Positions 33,701-43,000 of a stretch of 64,000 nucleotides of DNA are shown one piece after another. The notes below the pieces were generated by a model. It had not been told where the DNA came from, did no database searches, and saw nothing but the letters and a program-made list of their open reading frames with translations. The DNA is from Cyanophora paradoxa CCMP329 (lineage: Eukaryota; Plantae; Glaucophyta): contig QPMI01000502.1 of the NCBI GenBank assembly GCA_004431415.1, positions 186,001-250,000 of the forward strand, written 5' to 3'. How positions within the stretch are numbered: position 1 is the first letter of the stretch; every line of letters starts with the position of its first letter. The position numbers and the translations under genes are program-made.

Positions 33701-35215
33701 GAACTGCTCCTTATAGAGAGGGTTTGATGCATTGGAAGGCGGATCGAAGCGAGGAACGCACATGACCAGACCTAGGCCTAGGCCTAGGCCGGTCTCCAAG
33801 GGAATTCGTTGTCGTACCCCGGGTCCCAACTTGCCGACCGGCGACCGGCCGCGGTGACTGCGTCGGCTGGCCCTCGCGGCGGCAGACGGCCTTGCCAGAT
33901 AGTTGCAACTCCTGGCAGCACGGCGGCTCGGTGCGTCGGTTCTGGGCTTCGCCGCGCAGCCGGACTCCCTGACTCTGCGAACAGGCCGAGCAGCGGTGCT
34001 GTTGCCGCAGCGAACGCGGCCACTTTGAGAGAGAACGATGCACCTCTTGCGCCTTGAGGCTCTCGCCCGGCTCGTGCTGGGTCTGATTTCAAACGCAGAC
34101 TGTCGCTGCCCCTGCTGCTGGGTTCGGCCGCGGCCGCGAACGCTCTCGAACGCGTCGTTTTCGACCTCCTTCCGCCCTTAATCTCTACTCGTTGCCCGGC
34201 CGCCGCCGGTCAGCTTATGTTGCTTTGACAGGCCCGCGCAGAAAGGCGAGGCCCCTGCCGATGCGAAGCAAGGTGTTTCTGGTTTCCGTCTGTTTCCTTC
34301 GATCGCTCATCCCGCTTGCATGTCAGGGAACACGCACGACCGAGCCCCGCGAGCACGGCCAAGTGGCGGCCGCGACTTGCTCGCTGGCACTCTTGGCGGC
34401 CGGGCGGGAAGCGGTCCCGCTGGTCAAGAAACCTCGCGGACGATGCTAACGCACGAGCCTCGCTAACACGGCGCGCTTCGCCCGGTTCCGGGTCCTGTCT
34501 CTTCCAACACTCGCAGCTCGCCTGGCTCCTTCTCCCGCAGGCTAGGTGCTCGTTCTTGTTTCCGCTACTCTCGCCTTGATCTTGTTCTGACACCGGGGAC
34601 GCGCGCAGCGCAGCGGGTGCCGTTCACGCGCGGCCAGCATCTCGCACTTCTTGCTGCGGGAGCTCGGACGGGTGCGGTCTTTTCGCAGGCGCGCGTTCTT
34701 CTCCTCTTTCGCTTGACGCTCCGAGCGCAGCGAGCGCCTCGTCCTCGCTCGGCTACGGGCGGGGATGGTGCCGCTGTCACTCCGGATCCGTTCTTCTGCC
34801 ACTTCTCTTTGCCGAGGTGCACAGCCGCGCGCGCGCATGCCAACCTTGTATCTTTCTGTTCGAGCGTTTGCTGACCGCGACGCGCACAGCGCAACGAGCG
34901 CCGCGAGGTGCCGCATGACCTTGTGCGGGTTGCGTCGCTTCACGTCTGATCCGGTCTGCTAGCGCTGCTCCCTTCACTTGCCGAGGCGCACAGCTCGTTT
35001 TTGACACTCGCGTGCTCGCAGCTATCGTGCTGCTAGCCGGGCGGCGGGTCAGGAGCTCGCTGTTTTCGGGAGTATGGCTCAGAGGTAGGGGGCAGCAGCT
35101 GCAACTCGTTTTCTCGGTGCTAGCTATTGACAGGGCTGCGCTGCCTGCGCGCGCATTCATTTTTTGCTGGCAATGCGTTTCTTTAATTTCTGCTTTCTGT
35201 ATATAGTGGTGAGAG
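27790..35215. repeat. Giant inverted repeat: arms ~27790-31107 and ~31908-35215, spacer ~800 bp
   Basis: The ORF track shows mirrored identical or near-identical ORFs (28422+/34593-, 28923+/34092-, 29494+/33520-, 30008+/33006-, 30331+/32683-). Reverse-complement matching extends from tatgcagaaagcag / ctgctttctgtata to gctggacggggcaggggcgccgc. Confidence 0.97.
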
Positions 35216-35748
35216 CTACTTAGAAGTTACTTAGCTTTCTGCTTTCTGCTTTCTGCTCGGCACTTAGAAGCCGTCGCCGCAGGCCCTGCGCCGCGGCGCT
35301 CACTAGAGCTAGGCCGCATCCTAACGATAGCTATAGCTATAGCTTTCTTGCTGGGGCCGCTCCCGTTCGTAGGATTGGTATATATATTGGTGTATTTAGC
35401 TGCAGCCGGCCTTCTATGGTGCTTGGCGGCCGGCCTTTTCCGGTGCTAGATGTGTGATTGGCAGGAAGAAAAGTCTTAGGGAGAGCGTTTTCACTTTTTC
35501 AGAAAGGAGAGATATCGATCGAACAGACCTGCTACAATTTGTTAGCAAGCAGCCTGAGGCTCAGTGGAGATCAGCTGTAGGTTTTGCTACTATATATACG
35601 CATACATGCGCACTGCAAAGGATGGGCGCTAGCGTATAGCGCTCGAGCTCGTGCCCGGCCCGGAGGCGCGCCGGCGCCCACCGCGCAAATTAAAATTATA
35701 ATTATGTAGATTTATTCTAATAAACATCTTCAATTAATAAATTATACT

Positions 35749-35965
35749 CCTGTGTTTACCCGTGCAATCGCTGTTTACCCATGTTCACCCATGTTTACCC
35801 ATGTTCCCTGTGCCTACCCATGTCAGCCTGTGCCCACCCATGCCGACCTGTGCCTTCCTTGTGCTTTTCTGTGCAACCTGTGCTTTCCTGTGTTCTTCCG
35901 TGCTTTTCTGTGCTATGCCGTGCTTTCCCGTGCTATGCTGTGCTTTTCTGTGCGATTCTGTGTCA
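35749..35965. repeat. 10-bp-period minisatellite of the same family and strand as 27385-27560
   Basis: Shares tacccatgttccctgtg and the cctgtg/ccatgt cores. Confidence 0.85.
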
Positions 35966-36964
35966 AATTTACACCGGAGAAGGTTTCTGCAAGGTAGACG
36001 CAATTGCACAAGCCGGCCGCGGCCGCACTTGGCCGCGGCCGGCTATGCCACTGGCAATTGCAACAAGCCGACGCCCGCGCGGCGCGCGCGCCGCGCGACG
36101 CAGAGCCGTCACGGCGTAAGGACCCTCCGGCCGCTTTCTGAGCGGAGCGTGAGCAGTGACGCACCCGCAGCACATGCGCACTCGTGCACCCGCCACGCCT
36201 CACGTGCACGCGCGCGACGGCAGCGGGGCATGCGCAGCCTGGCAGCTGCAGGAGCTCGAGCACGTCCAGACAAGGTTCCCTCCCCCGCCCCTGGCCCGGG
36301 GCCCGCGCCCTACATAGCTCTGGCCCGGGCCCGGGGCCTACCTCTAGAGGACAGCTCGCCTCGATCGCGAGGACAGCTCGCCTGGCCATGGCATGGCCAG
36401 CCTCGGAGCCGGCCCGGCGGCTCGCCCGAGCTCAAGGTTAAATGCCCTTCCCCGGACCCAACTGACGCGCGCGGCAAGTCAGTGGCCCTGTATGCCTGCC
36501 ACAAGCAGCCTTGCTTCTAAGCAATTCTAAGCCAAGTCTGATCATGAAGTGAAGGTCAGGATTCGCGTAGGCGAAGCAGCGAAGACAGACACATGGCTCG
36601 TCGCACGCAGGACAGTGCAAGCTGCAAAGGGAAAAAGGGGCATCAGACAAGGGGTACAGAAAATATAGCTGGGTACACGTGTACATGTAGGGTATAAGGT
36701 TAGGCTAATTTGCAACAAAAGGGGTAAGCTAATTTGCAACAAAAGGGGTACGAGAAGAGCTGCTGCGAACGCAACAGCTAAGTACTACATGCCGACACAG
36801 ACGCTGCGAACGCAGCAGACAGCAAGGGTACACAAAACAAGGCTAGTTTGCAACACGTGCGTGTACAGACAGCGTCAGGCGCAGCTTGCACTGGCCCAGA
36901 GCGACATAGCCAGCACCGGCGAAGCCGGCACACGCGAAAGAAGACACTAAGACAAAAAGAACAG

Positions 36965-37987
36965 CTAGCTGCGCCGCGACGAGAGGGGCGTAGAAGCCTG
37001 CTGGCGACACGACAATGGAGGCACGTAGCGAGAACCAGGGCTTGCCATCAACGCAGCCAGAGGCGGGCGCTCAGAAGAATCGATGTAGCGACGATACACG
37101 TCAGACAAGAGCGACCAGCGGCCAACTGCTTGCACAAGCTCCTCGGGCACATGTACACCAGCAGCCGCTAGCGCCGTAGCACCACCGCGACGAAGCCCAT
37201 GAGGCGTGATCCCCGTCGCATCTAAGCCAGCAGCCTCAAAGGCAAAGCGAAGCACGTATGCAACGGAGGCGGGCGCGAGGGGCCGCGAAGGTCGGAAGAG
37301 TTGACCAAACAACGGCGCCTCCGGCTCGAGGTCTTGGATGGTGCGCCAATAAGCTCGAAACCAGCGAACCGGACAGATCACTGACTGCGCGACAGTGCCC
37401 AGCACAACTTGAGCGCCTTGGCGAGCGCGATCGGTCTTGGAGCCGACGATGAAGACAACGACGCGATCCGCACGGATCTGGATGTCTTGACGACGCAGAG
37501 CAACGAGTTCACCACGACGGAGCAAGCCAAAGAAGCCAGTAAGCAACATGACGAAGGCCCGCAAGAGCTTAGCTGACGGAGCTTTCAGATAAGCACGAGC
37601 GATCGCCTCCAAATGCACAGCCGTGACGATCTTGGACTGCTTGGCCCGACGACCACACAAACGAACAATTCCTTGCAGCGCTTGTTGAACCAGAGGGTGC
37701 GCGAACGCCGTTGCAGGCTGTAGGCGCAGGCCAGTCTGATGAACCAATGCAGAGTAGCATTGCTTGACAGCAGAAACGCTGAACTCCTCGTCCGCCAGCG
37801 CAACAAGCATCGTAGCCAGACCAGATGGCTCGGGGGGCCAGATGCGGAAGCCATGAACCGCACAATGACCTTCGTATAGTTGCACCCAACGATTGTATAT
37901 GCCACGAGTGCCATCACCGATGGCGTTCTCCCTGTAGTAATGGACACGCTGGAGCAGCACATCTGCAGCAAATGCAATGTCAGGCAA
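36965..37987 (-). CDS. Tyrosine recombinase of DIRS-type element
   Basis: FFGLLRRGEL, SKTDR, ICPV, HGLRRGGAT, VGRW and YRRY give the R-K-HxxR-W-Y catalytic set; the ORF is uninterrupted. Confidence 0.93.
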   Translation of the reverse strand: MPDIAFAADVLLQRVHYYRENAIGDGTRGIYNRWVQLYEGHCAVHGFRIWPPEPSGLATMLVALADEEFSVSAVKQCYSALVHQTGLRLQPATAFAHPLVQQALQGIVRLCGRRAKQSKIVTAVHLEAIARAYLKAPSAKLLRAFVMLLTGFFGLLRRGELVALRRQDIQIRADRVVVFIVGSKTDRARQGAQVVLGTVAQSVICPVRWFRAYWRTIQDLEPEAPLFGQLFRPSRPLAPASVAYVLRFAFEAAGLDATGITPHGLRRGGATALAAAGVHVPEELVQAVGRWSLLSDVYRRYIDSSERPPLAALMASPGSRYVPPLSCRQQASTPLSSRRS

Positions 37988-38057
37988 GCTGCGTACGAGG
38001 ACTAAGAAGGGGCCCCGGATGCGAAATCGTTATATTTGCAGATGGCTAATTTGTGTG

Positions 38058-39953
38058 CTACTGCCAGGCTGCGGAAATAGCCACAAGAGACCAAGACGGA
38101 AGAACAGGAGAACGAGGGCCTGGCAAGCAGACGGTTGAAGCAGGCCCCAAGTACAACACAGGAGCCTGCCTTGCCTGCTCAAGCTGGGGCCACCATGGGG
38201 CGGAGGGCCAATCAGGTACGACAAAGACTGCAGCTGCTCTGCACTGTCTAACATGAGAGACCACATGCAGGATCACATTGGGATCCGGAAACACGTAGTT
38301 GCGAGCACCAAGCCATGACACAGTGAAGCAATCATGCCCTTCGGCACGGGCATCACGCAAATCTACAGAGAAATATCGAGAAAGGTGGGCATTGGCAGCT
38401 GTGGCCATCCTGTCCACGTCAAAAGGGCCTAAAATGCGGCTGACCATAGCAAAATATACCGGCTTAAGGGAGTAGTCTGCTGGAAAAAAGTACCTGCTAA
38501 GAGCATCTGACCACTCGTTATCTATGCCTGGAATATGCTCGGCCTCAATGCTAACACAACCTATCAAGGCAATGTCCCAAATCTGACGAGCGATCTCCGT
38601 CAAATAAGCATGACGACCGCCACCATTGTTGATATAAGCAACTGTCACAGAGTTGTCCGATCGAACCAAGATGTTCTGATTCTGAAGCACAGACTGATAG
38701 TGTTGCATAGCCCGTAGCACAGCTTGCAGCTCCCTCCAAGAAGAGATTCGCTGAGATTCCTCACTGTTCCACAGGCACTGGAATGGAGGCGGGCCAGGAG
38801 CACAGAGCACAGGAGGTACATCACCAATCCACGTGGTAATCCAAGCTCCAGCACCAAGATGACTAGCATCAGTGGTGAGCACAAGTAGCCGCTCAGGACG
38901 AATCGGACAGCGCCCGTTGTACTTGTGTATGTTGGCCAGCCACCACTGGAGCTCAGACCGAGTCTCATCAGTAATCTGCACAGGATGGTTCCAGTGCCAC
39001 TCCCGGGCCGCCACATTGATGTAACGGAACAAAGCACGAGTCCGGATGCGAGCTGGAGCAAGCCCTCGAGCCATGGATGCCAAGGTGCCTGCCACCTTTG
39101 CCATATCACGGGCAGACGCTGAGTGTTTGCGTAGGAGCTTGCGGATCAGCTGAAGTAGTCTGCTCAGCTTGTCGCCAGGAACCTCAAACAACATGAGAGC
39201 CGAGTCCACAATGAAGCCCAGGAAAGCCACTGACTGAGATGGGGTAAGCGCTGACTTGCTGTTGACCACCAACTTAAGCCGTTTAAATGTAGCCAGCACA
39301 AAGTCTCGCAGCTTACAGGCCTCTAAGAAAGTAGGAGCCGCAAACCACCAATCGTCCACATAGTTGACAACAAAGATGCCCAGTTTCCTGAAATAGTTGA
39401 CCACTTGCCGCATAATTTTGACGAATGCAAAAGGCGAGTGTCGAAGGCCGAAGGGCAAAACCGTATAGACATAGTACTTGCTGTCAAAAGAGAAGCCCAT
39501 GTTGCGCCAATCTTGCTCCGCCACTGGCACGTGGTGATAGCCAGACTCTAGGTCAATGGTGAACATGTACCACCCTTGACGGAGCATTGCCGCCACATGC
39601 TCAAGAGTCTCAAATCGAAATTTCCGATCTGGTAGACCTTGATTGGTGGGTCGACCGTCCCAGATCAAACGAAGTTTGGAGCCGGTCTTCTTCGGGACCA
39701 CGGACAAGGAGCACACAATGTTCACCTCGTGCTGTTGGACTTCACGAATGGCCCCGGTGCGCAAGAGTTTCTGAATTTCCGTCCGCACAAAATCCCTGTG
39801 ATCCTCGGCTGCAGACTTGTGATTACGCCGATGCTCCGGTGGCAGATTGCGGGCCCCAGTCAGCGGGAAACCGTCACGTATCCATGACAACACCACATAG
39901 TTGGCACGAATCTCCTTCCACTGGGACCAGGCCTCACGGATGCAGGACGCCAC
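38058..39953 (-). CDS. Reverse transcriptase-RNase H-methyltransferase-like polyprotein of DIRS-type element
   Basis: RT: VVPKK, RLIWD, IDLESGYHHV, LPFGL, YVDD, FLGF. RNase H: TTDAS, RELQAV, RSDN, HIPGIDNEWSDALSR. C-terminal domain: FDVDRMAT...YFS...DCFTVSW...YVFPD...VVPDWPSAPWW. The true start is uncertain. Confidence 0.95.
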   Translation of the reverse strand: MASCIREAWSQWKEIRANYVVLSWIRDGFPLTGARNLPPEHRRNHKSAAEDHRDFVRTEIQKLLRTGAIREVQQHEVNIVCSLSVVPKKTGSKLRLIWDGRPTNQGLPDRKFRFETLEHVAAMLRQGWYMFTIDLESGYHHVPVAEQDWRNMGFSFDSKYYVYTVLPFGLRHSPFAFVKIMRQVVNYFRKLGIFVVNYVDDWWFAAPTFLEACKLRDFVLATFKRLKLVVNSKSALTPSQSVAFLGFIVDSALMLFEVPGDKLSRLLQLIRKLLRKHSASARDMAKVAGTLASMARGLAPARIRTRALFRYINVAAREWHWNHPVQITDETRSELQWWLANIHKYNGRCPIRPERLLVLTTDASHLGAGAWITTWIGDVPPVLCAPGPPPFQCLWNSEESQRISSWRELQAVLRAMQHYQSVLQNQNILVRSDNSVTVAYINNGGGRHAYLTEIARQIWDIALIGCVSIEAEHIPGIDNEWSDALSRYFFPADYSLKPVYFAMVSRILGPFDVDRMATAANAHLSRYFSVDLRDARAEGHDCFTVSWLGARNYVFPDPNVILHVVSHVRQCRAAAVFVVPDWPSAPWWPQLEQARQAPVLYLGPASTVCLPGPRSPVLPSWSLVAISAAWQ

Positions 39954-40011
39954 AAAAGAACCTGGTGGCTAAAAGTCACAAGCGCACGGGAAGTGGGCTT
40001 GAGGCCTTAAA

Positions 40012-43000
40012 TTGTGGGCCCGCCGCGTCGCCGCGAGCACCATCAGGTCCGCCCGGTCGCTGAAGCCCTACCCCCGGCCCGTCGCCCCCGCGCGCCTCAG
40101 GGCGGAGGCGGGAGGCAGCGGAGAGGGGCCGGGGGTGGGGGGCGGGCGGACCCGGACGAGGGCGAGGCCGGCGACGAAGATGAGGGCGAAGCAGGCGGCG
40201 ATGAGCAGCGAGGCGGCGATGTACTGCAGCGAGAGCTGCCCCCCGGCTCAGGGGGGCGAACGCGCAGCGCGGGGCCGGCGAGGGGCGCGCACCACGCGGA
40301 AGAGCTTCTCGCTGCCCTTGCCGCGCGCCGCCTCGTCGATGCGGTGCCCGCCGGGGGCGCTCCGCCGCAGGGAGCCGTGCGTGGAGGCGGCGTCGACGGG
40401 GGCGTAGGCGGCGGAGCGGGCGGGGCGGCCGCGGCGGAGGAGGGCGAGGGGCGCGAGGAGGCAGGCGAGGGCGCGGGGAGGGCGTGCCGGCGGAGGCGCA
40501 GGAGCAGCGGGGGCGGGGCGGGCCGTGCTGCGCCCCGGGCCCGCCTCGGGCTCGTCGCCCTTGGAGCCGCCCGGCGTGGGCGTCCCGAGGCTCGCCACCG
40601 TCGGGCGCCCCGCGGCCGGCAGCGGGTGCACCTGCACCGCCTTCCCCGCCACGGGGGACGCCATGTACGACGTCCGCCGGCTCCCCGGCCCCGGCCCGCC
40701 GTTCAGCGCCGGCGCGATGAGCGCCGCCACGCTCCGGCGGCGCGGGACGCCGGCGCCGCCCCGCGCGAAGCCCCGCAGCGCGTCCTGCCGCGCGTTCTCC
40801 AGTGCCCGCGAGATCTGCGCCCGTCGTCTCGAAATCAGGGGCGGGGGGCGGTGCGGGGACCCGGCACGAGGTCGCGGGCGCGCCTGGATCTGGGTGTTGC
40901 GGCGCATGTTGTTGCGCTCGTTCTCGGCGCCCGCCTCCTCCTCCTCCTCCCCGCCCTCCCCCTCCCGCCCCGCCCCGCCGCCGGCGCCGCCGGTGCCGCC
41001 CTCTGCGCGCACGCGGGCGCTCAGGGGAGGGGCGGGGCGGGGCGGGGCGGGGCGGGGGCGGGCCGTCGTCGTCGCCGGAGTCGCCGGAGTCGTCGTCGGA
41101 GGACTCGAGGGAGAAGGCGATGCGCTTGCGCGCCAGGATCTTGATCACCGGCTTCGGCTGCGCGCCCCCGCCCGCGTCGGGGCGGAAGCTCTGGCTGCGC
41201 GCGGCGCAGGCGGAGGCGCACGATCTCGAGGAAGAGCTCCATGATGGCGTCCCGCTCCGTCCGCACCCGCTGGCCCCGCGTCAGCCGGGCCCCGCGCGGG
41301 GGTGGCGGGGCGGGGGGGGCGGGCGGACGCGGAAGGTGGGGCGGAAGACGGCGAGGCCGAGGATGGCGACGAGGGCGAGGGAGGCGGCGAAGGTCCCCGC
41401 GTAGACGGCCGCCAGCAGCGACACCGACCGCCGCAGCGGCTCCTCGTACAGCTCCAGGCTCCGCAGCACCCCCTCAAACACTGCTCGAGTTCAGGGGCGC
41501 CCCCGGGGGCGGCTCGGGGGGGCGGGGCGCGGGGCGGGGCGCGCCGCTGTGGGGCCCGTTGCGGGAGACGAAGTGCCAGGAGGAGCAGGCCGCGAGGTCC
41601 GCGAGGCACGCCGGCCCGCCCCCCGCCGCCTCCTCCTGCCCCGTCGCGCCGCCCCAGAGCCCGCCGGCGTCGCGGGCCGCGGCGGGGGCGGGGCGGGGGC
41701 GGCGGGGGCGGAGGCGTTGGGGCGGCGCCGGCGGCGAGGAGGAGGGCGTGCTGGTAGAGGCGCTGGCCGGCCTCCCACAGGCTCGCCGCCCCCGCCACCA
41801 CCTGCCGCCCTGCCCCGTCAGCGGCGGAGGGGCCCGCGAGGGGGCGCCGGCGCGCCTCGCCGTTGTGGAGCTCGGAGAGGGGCACGGCGGCGGGCCCCGC
41901 CGTGAGGGCCCGCAGCGCCTCCGTCTGGGGCGCCGCGAAGCCCCCGAGGCCCAGCGACAGGTTCTGCCCGAGCAGGCGGCTCGCGGGGGGCGGGGAGGGG
42001 CGGGGCCGGGCGGGGCGGGCCGCGCCTTGTGCGCCTCGGCGAAGTCGAGGGCGAGGGCGCGCAGGCGCCCCGCCGCCGCCGCCGCGTCCAGCGTCCCGTT
42101 CGCCGCCGGGTACCGCTGCTGCGTCGCCGCGATCGCCAGCGTGCGCGCCTGCGGGGCGGGCTCGAGGGCTCGAGGGCTCGAGGAAAATGGAAGGGGCGGG
42201 CCGGGGGGGCGGGCGGGGGGGGCGGGCCTCGATGGAGAGGAGCTGCGAGAGGACGGCGCGCTCGCTCGCCGCCCTGCCGCCCCGTCAGGCGGAGGAGCGG
42301 GAGCGGGGGCGGGGGCGGGGGCGGGGCGGAGCGGGGCGGACGCGGTGTACTCGAGGTCGCGGACGAAGGCCTCGGCGAGCTGCTCGATGGCGACGAAGGC
42401 GCCGAGGGCGACGGCGGCGAGGACACAGAGGGAGACGAGGATGTTGCGCCACAGCGAGGCCACCGCGAGGTTCGGGCGCGAGGCGAGGGCGAGGAGGATG
42501 CGCCGCCGCCGCTTCTGCCGCCGCGTCCGCGTCGACCCCGACGACGAGACGCTGCGCGCCGGTCCCGCTCGGCCCCCGCGGCCCGGGGGCGGGGCAGAGG
42601 CGGGGCGGGCGGGGCACCTCTGGGCGTCTTCGGGTCCCTCTCGGGGGCCTCCGACGGCTCCGGGCTCCCCACCTCGCCCCGCGCCATTGGCGACGCCCGC
42701 CGCGCCGCGGCCCGGCCCGCCGCCCCTCTCCGCCGGCACGCGGCGCGGCGGCCGTCGGAGGGTCGGGCGGAGACTCGGGCTCAGCAGCGCCGCCGGCGGC
42801 CTGCCAGGAGCGGATGCGCTGCCGGGTCTTCTCGGTGAGCGGCGGCGCCTCGTCCTCCTCGGGGGCCGCGGCGGCCTCCTCGTGGGCGGGGGCGTGGGGG
42901 AGGCTGCGGACGCTCCCCGCGGCGCTGCTGGCGTTCTCGACGAGGAACATCGGCCGCTCGCGATCGGGGCCGGCCCCCGAGGCGGAGCTCGCCGCCGAGA

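Larger units (their letters stand above)
36490..40012 (-). mobile_element. DIRS-type tyrosine-recombinase retrotransposon, 5'-truncated (no gag)
   Basis: RT-RNaseH-MT ORF followed by a YR ORF. The 3' terminal sequence is shared with the second element at 62632. Confidence 0.92.

Noticed and set aside
36965-39953. RT plus recombinase as a retron, DGR or phage integrase system
   Set aside because: The RT-RNaseH-MT plus YR arrangement is the known DIRS-type layout; no msr/msd or TR/VR pair was seen.
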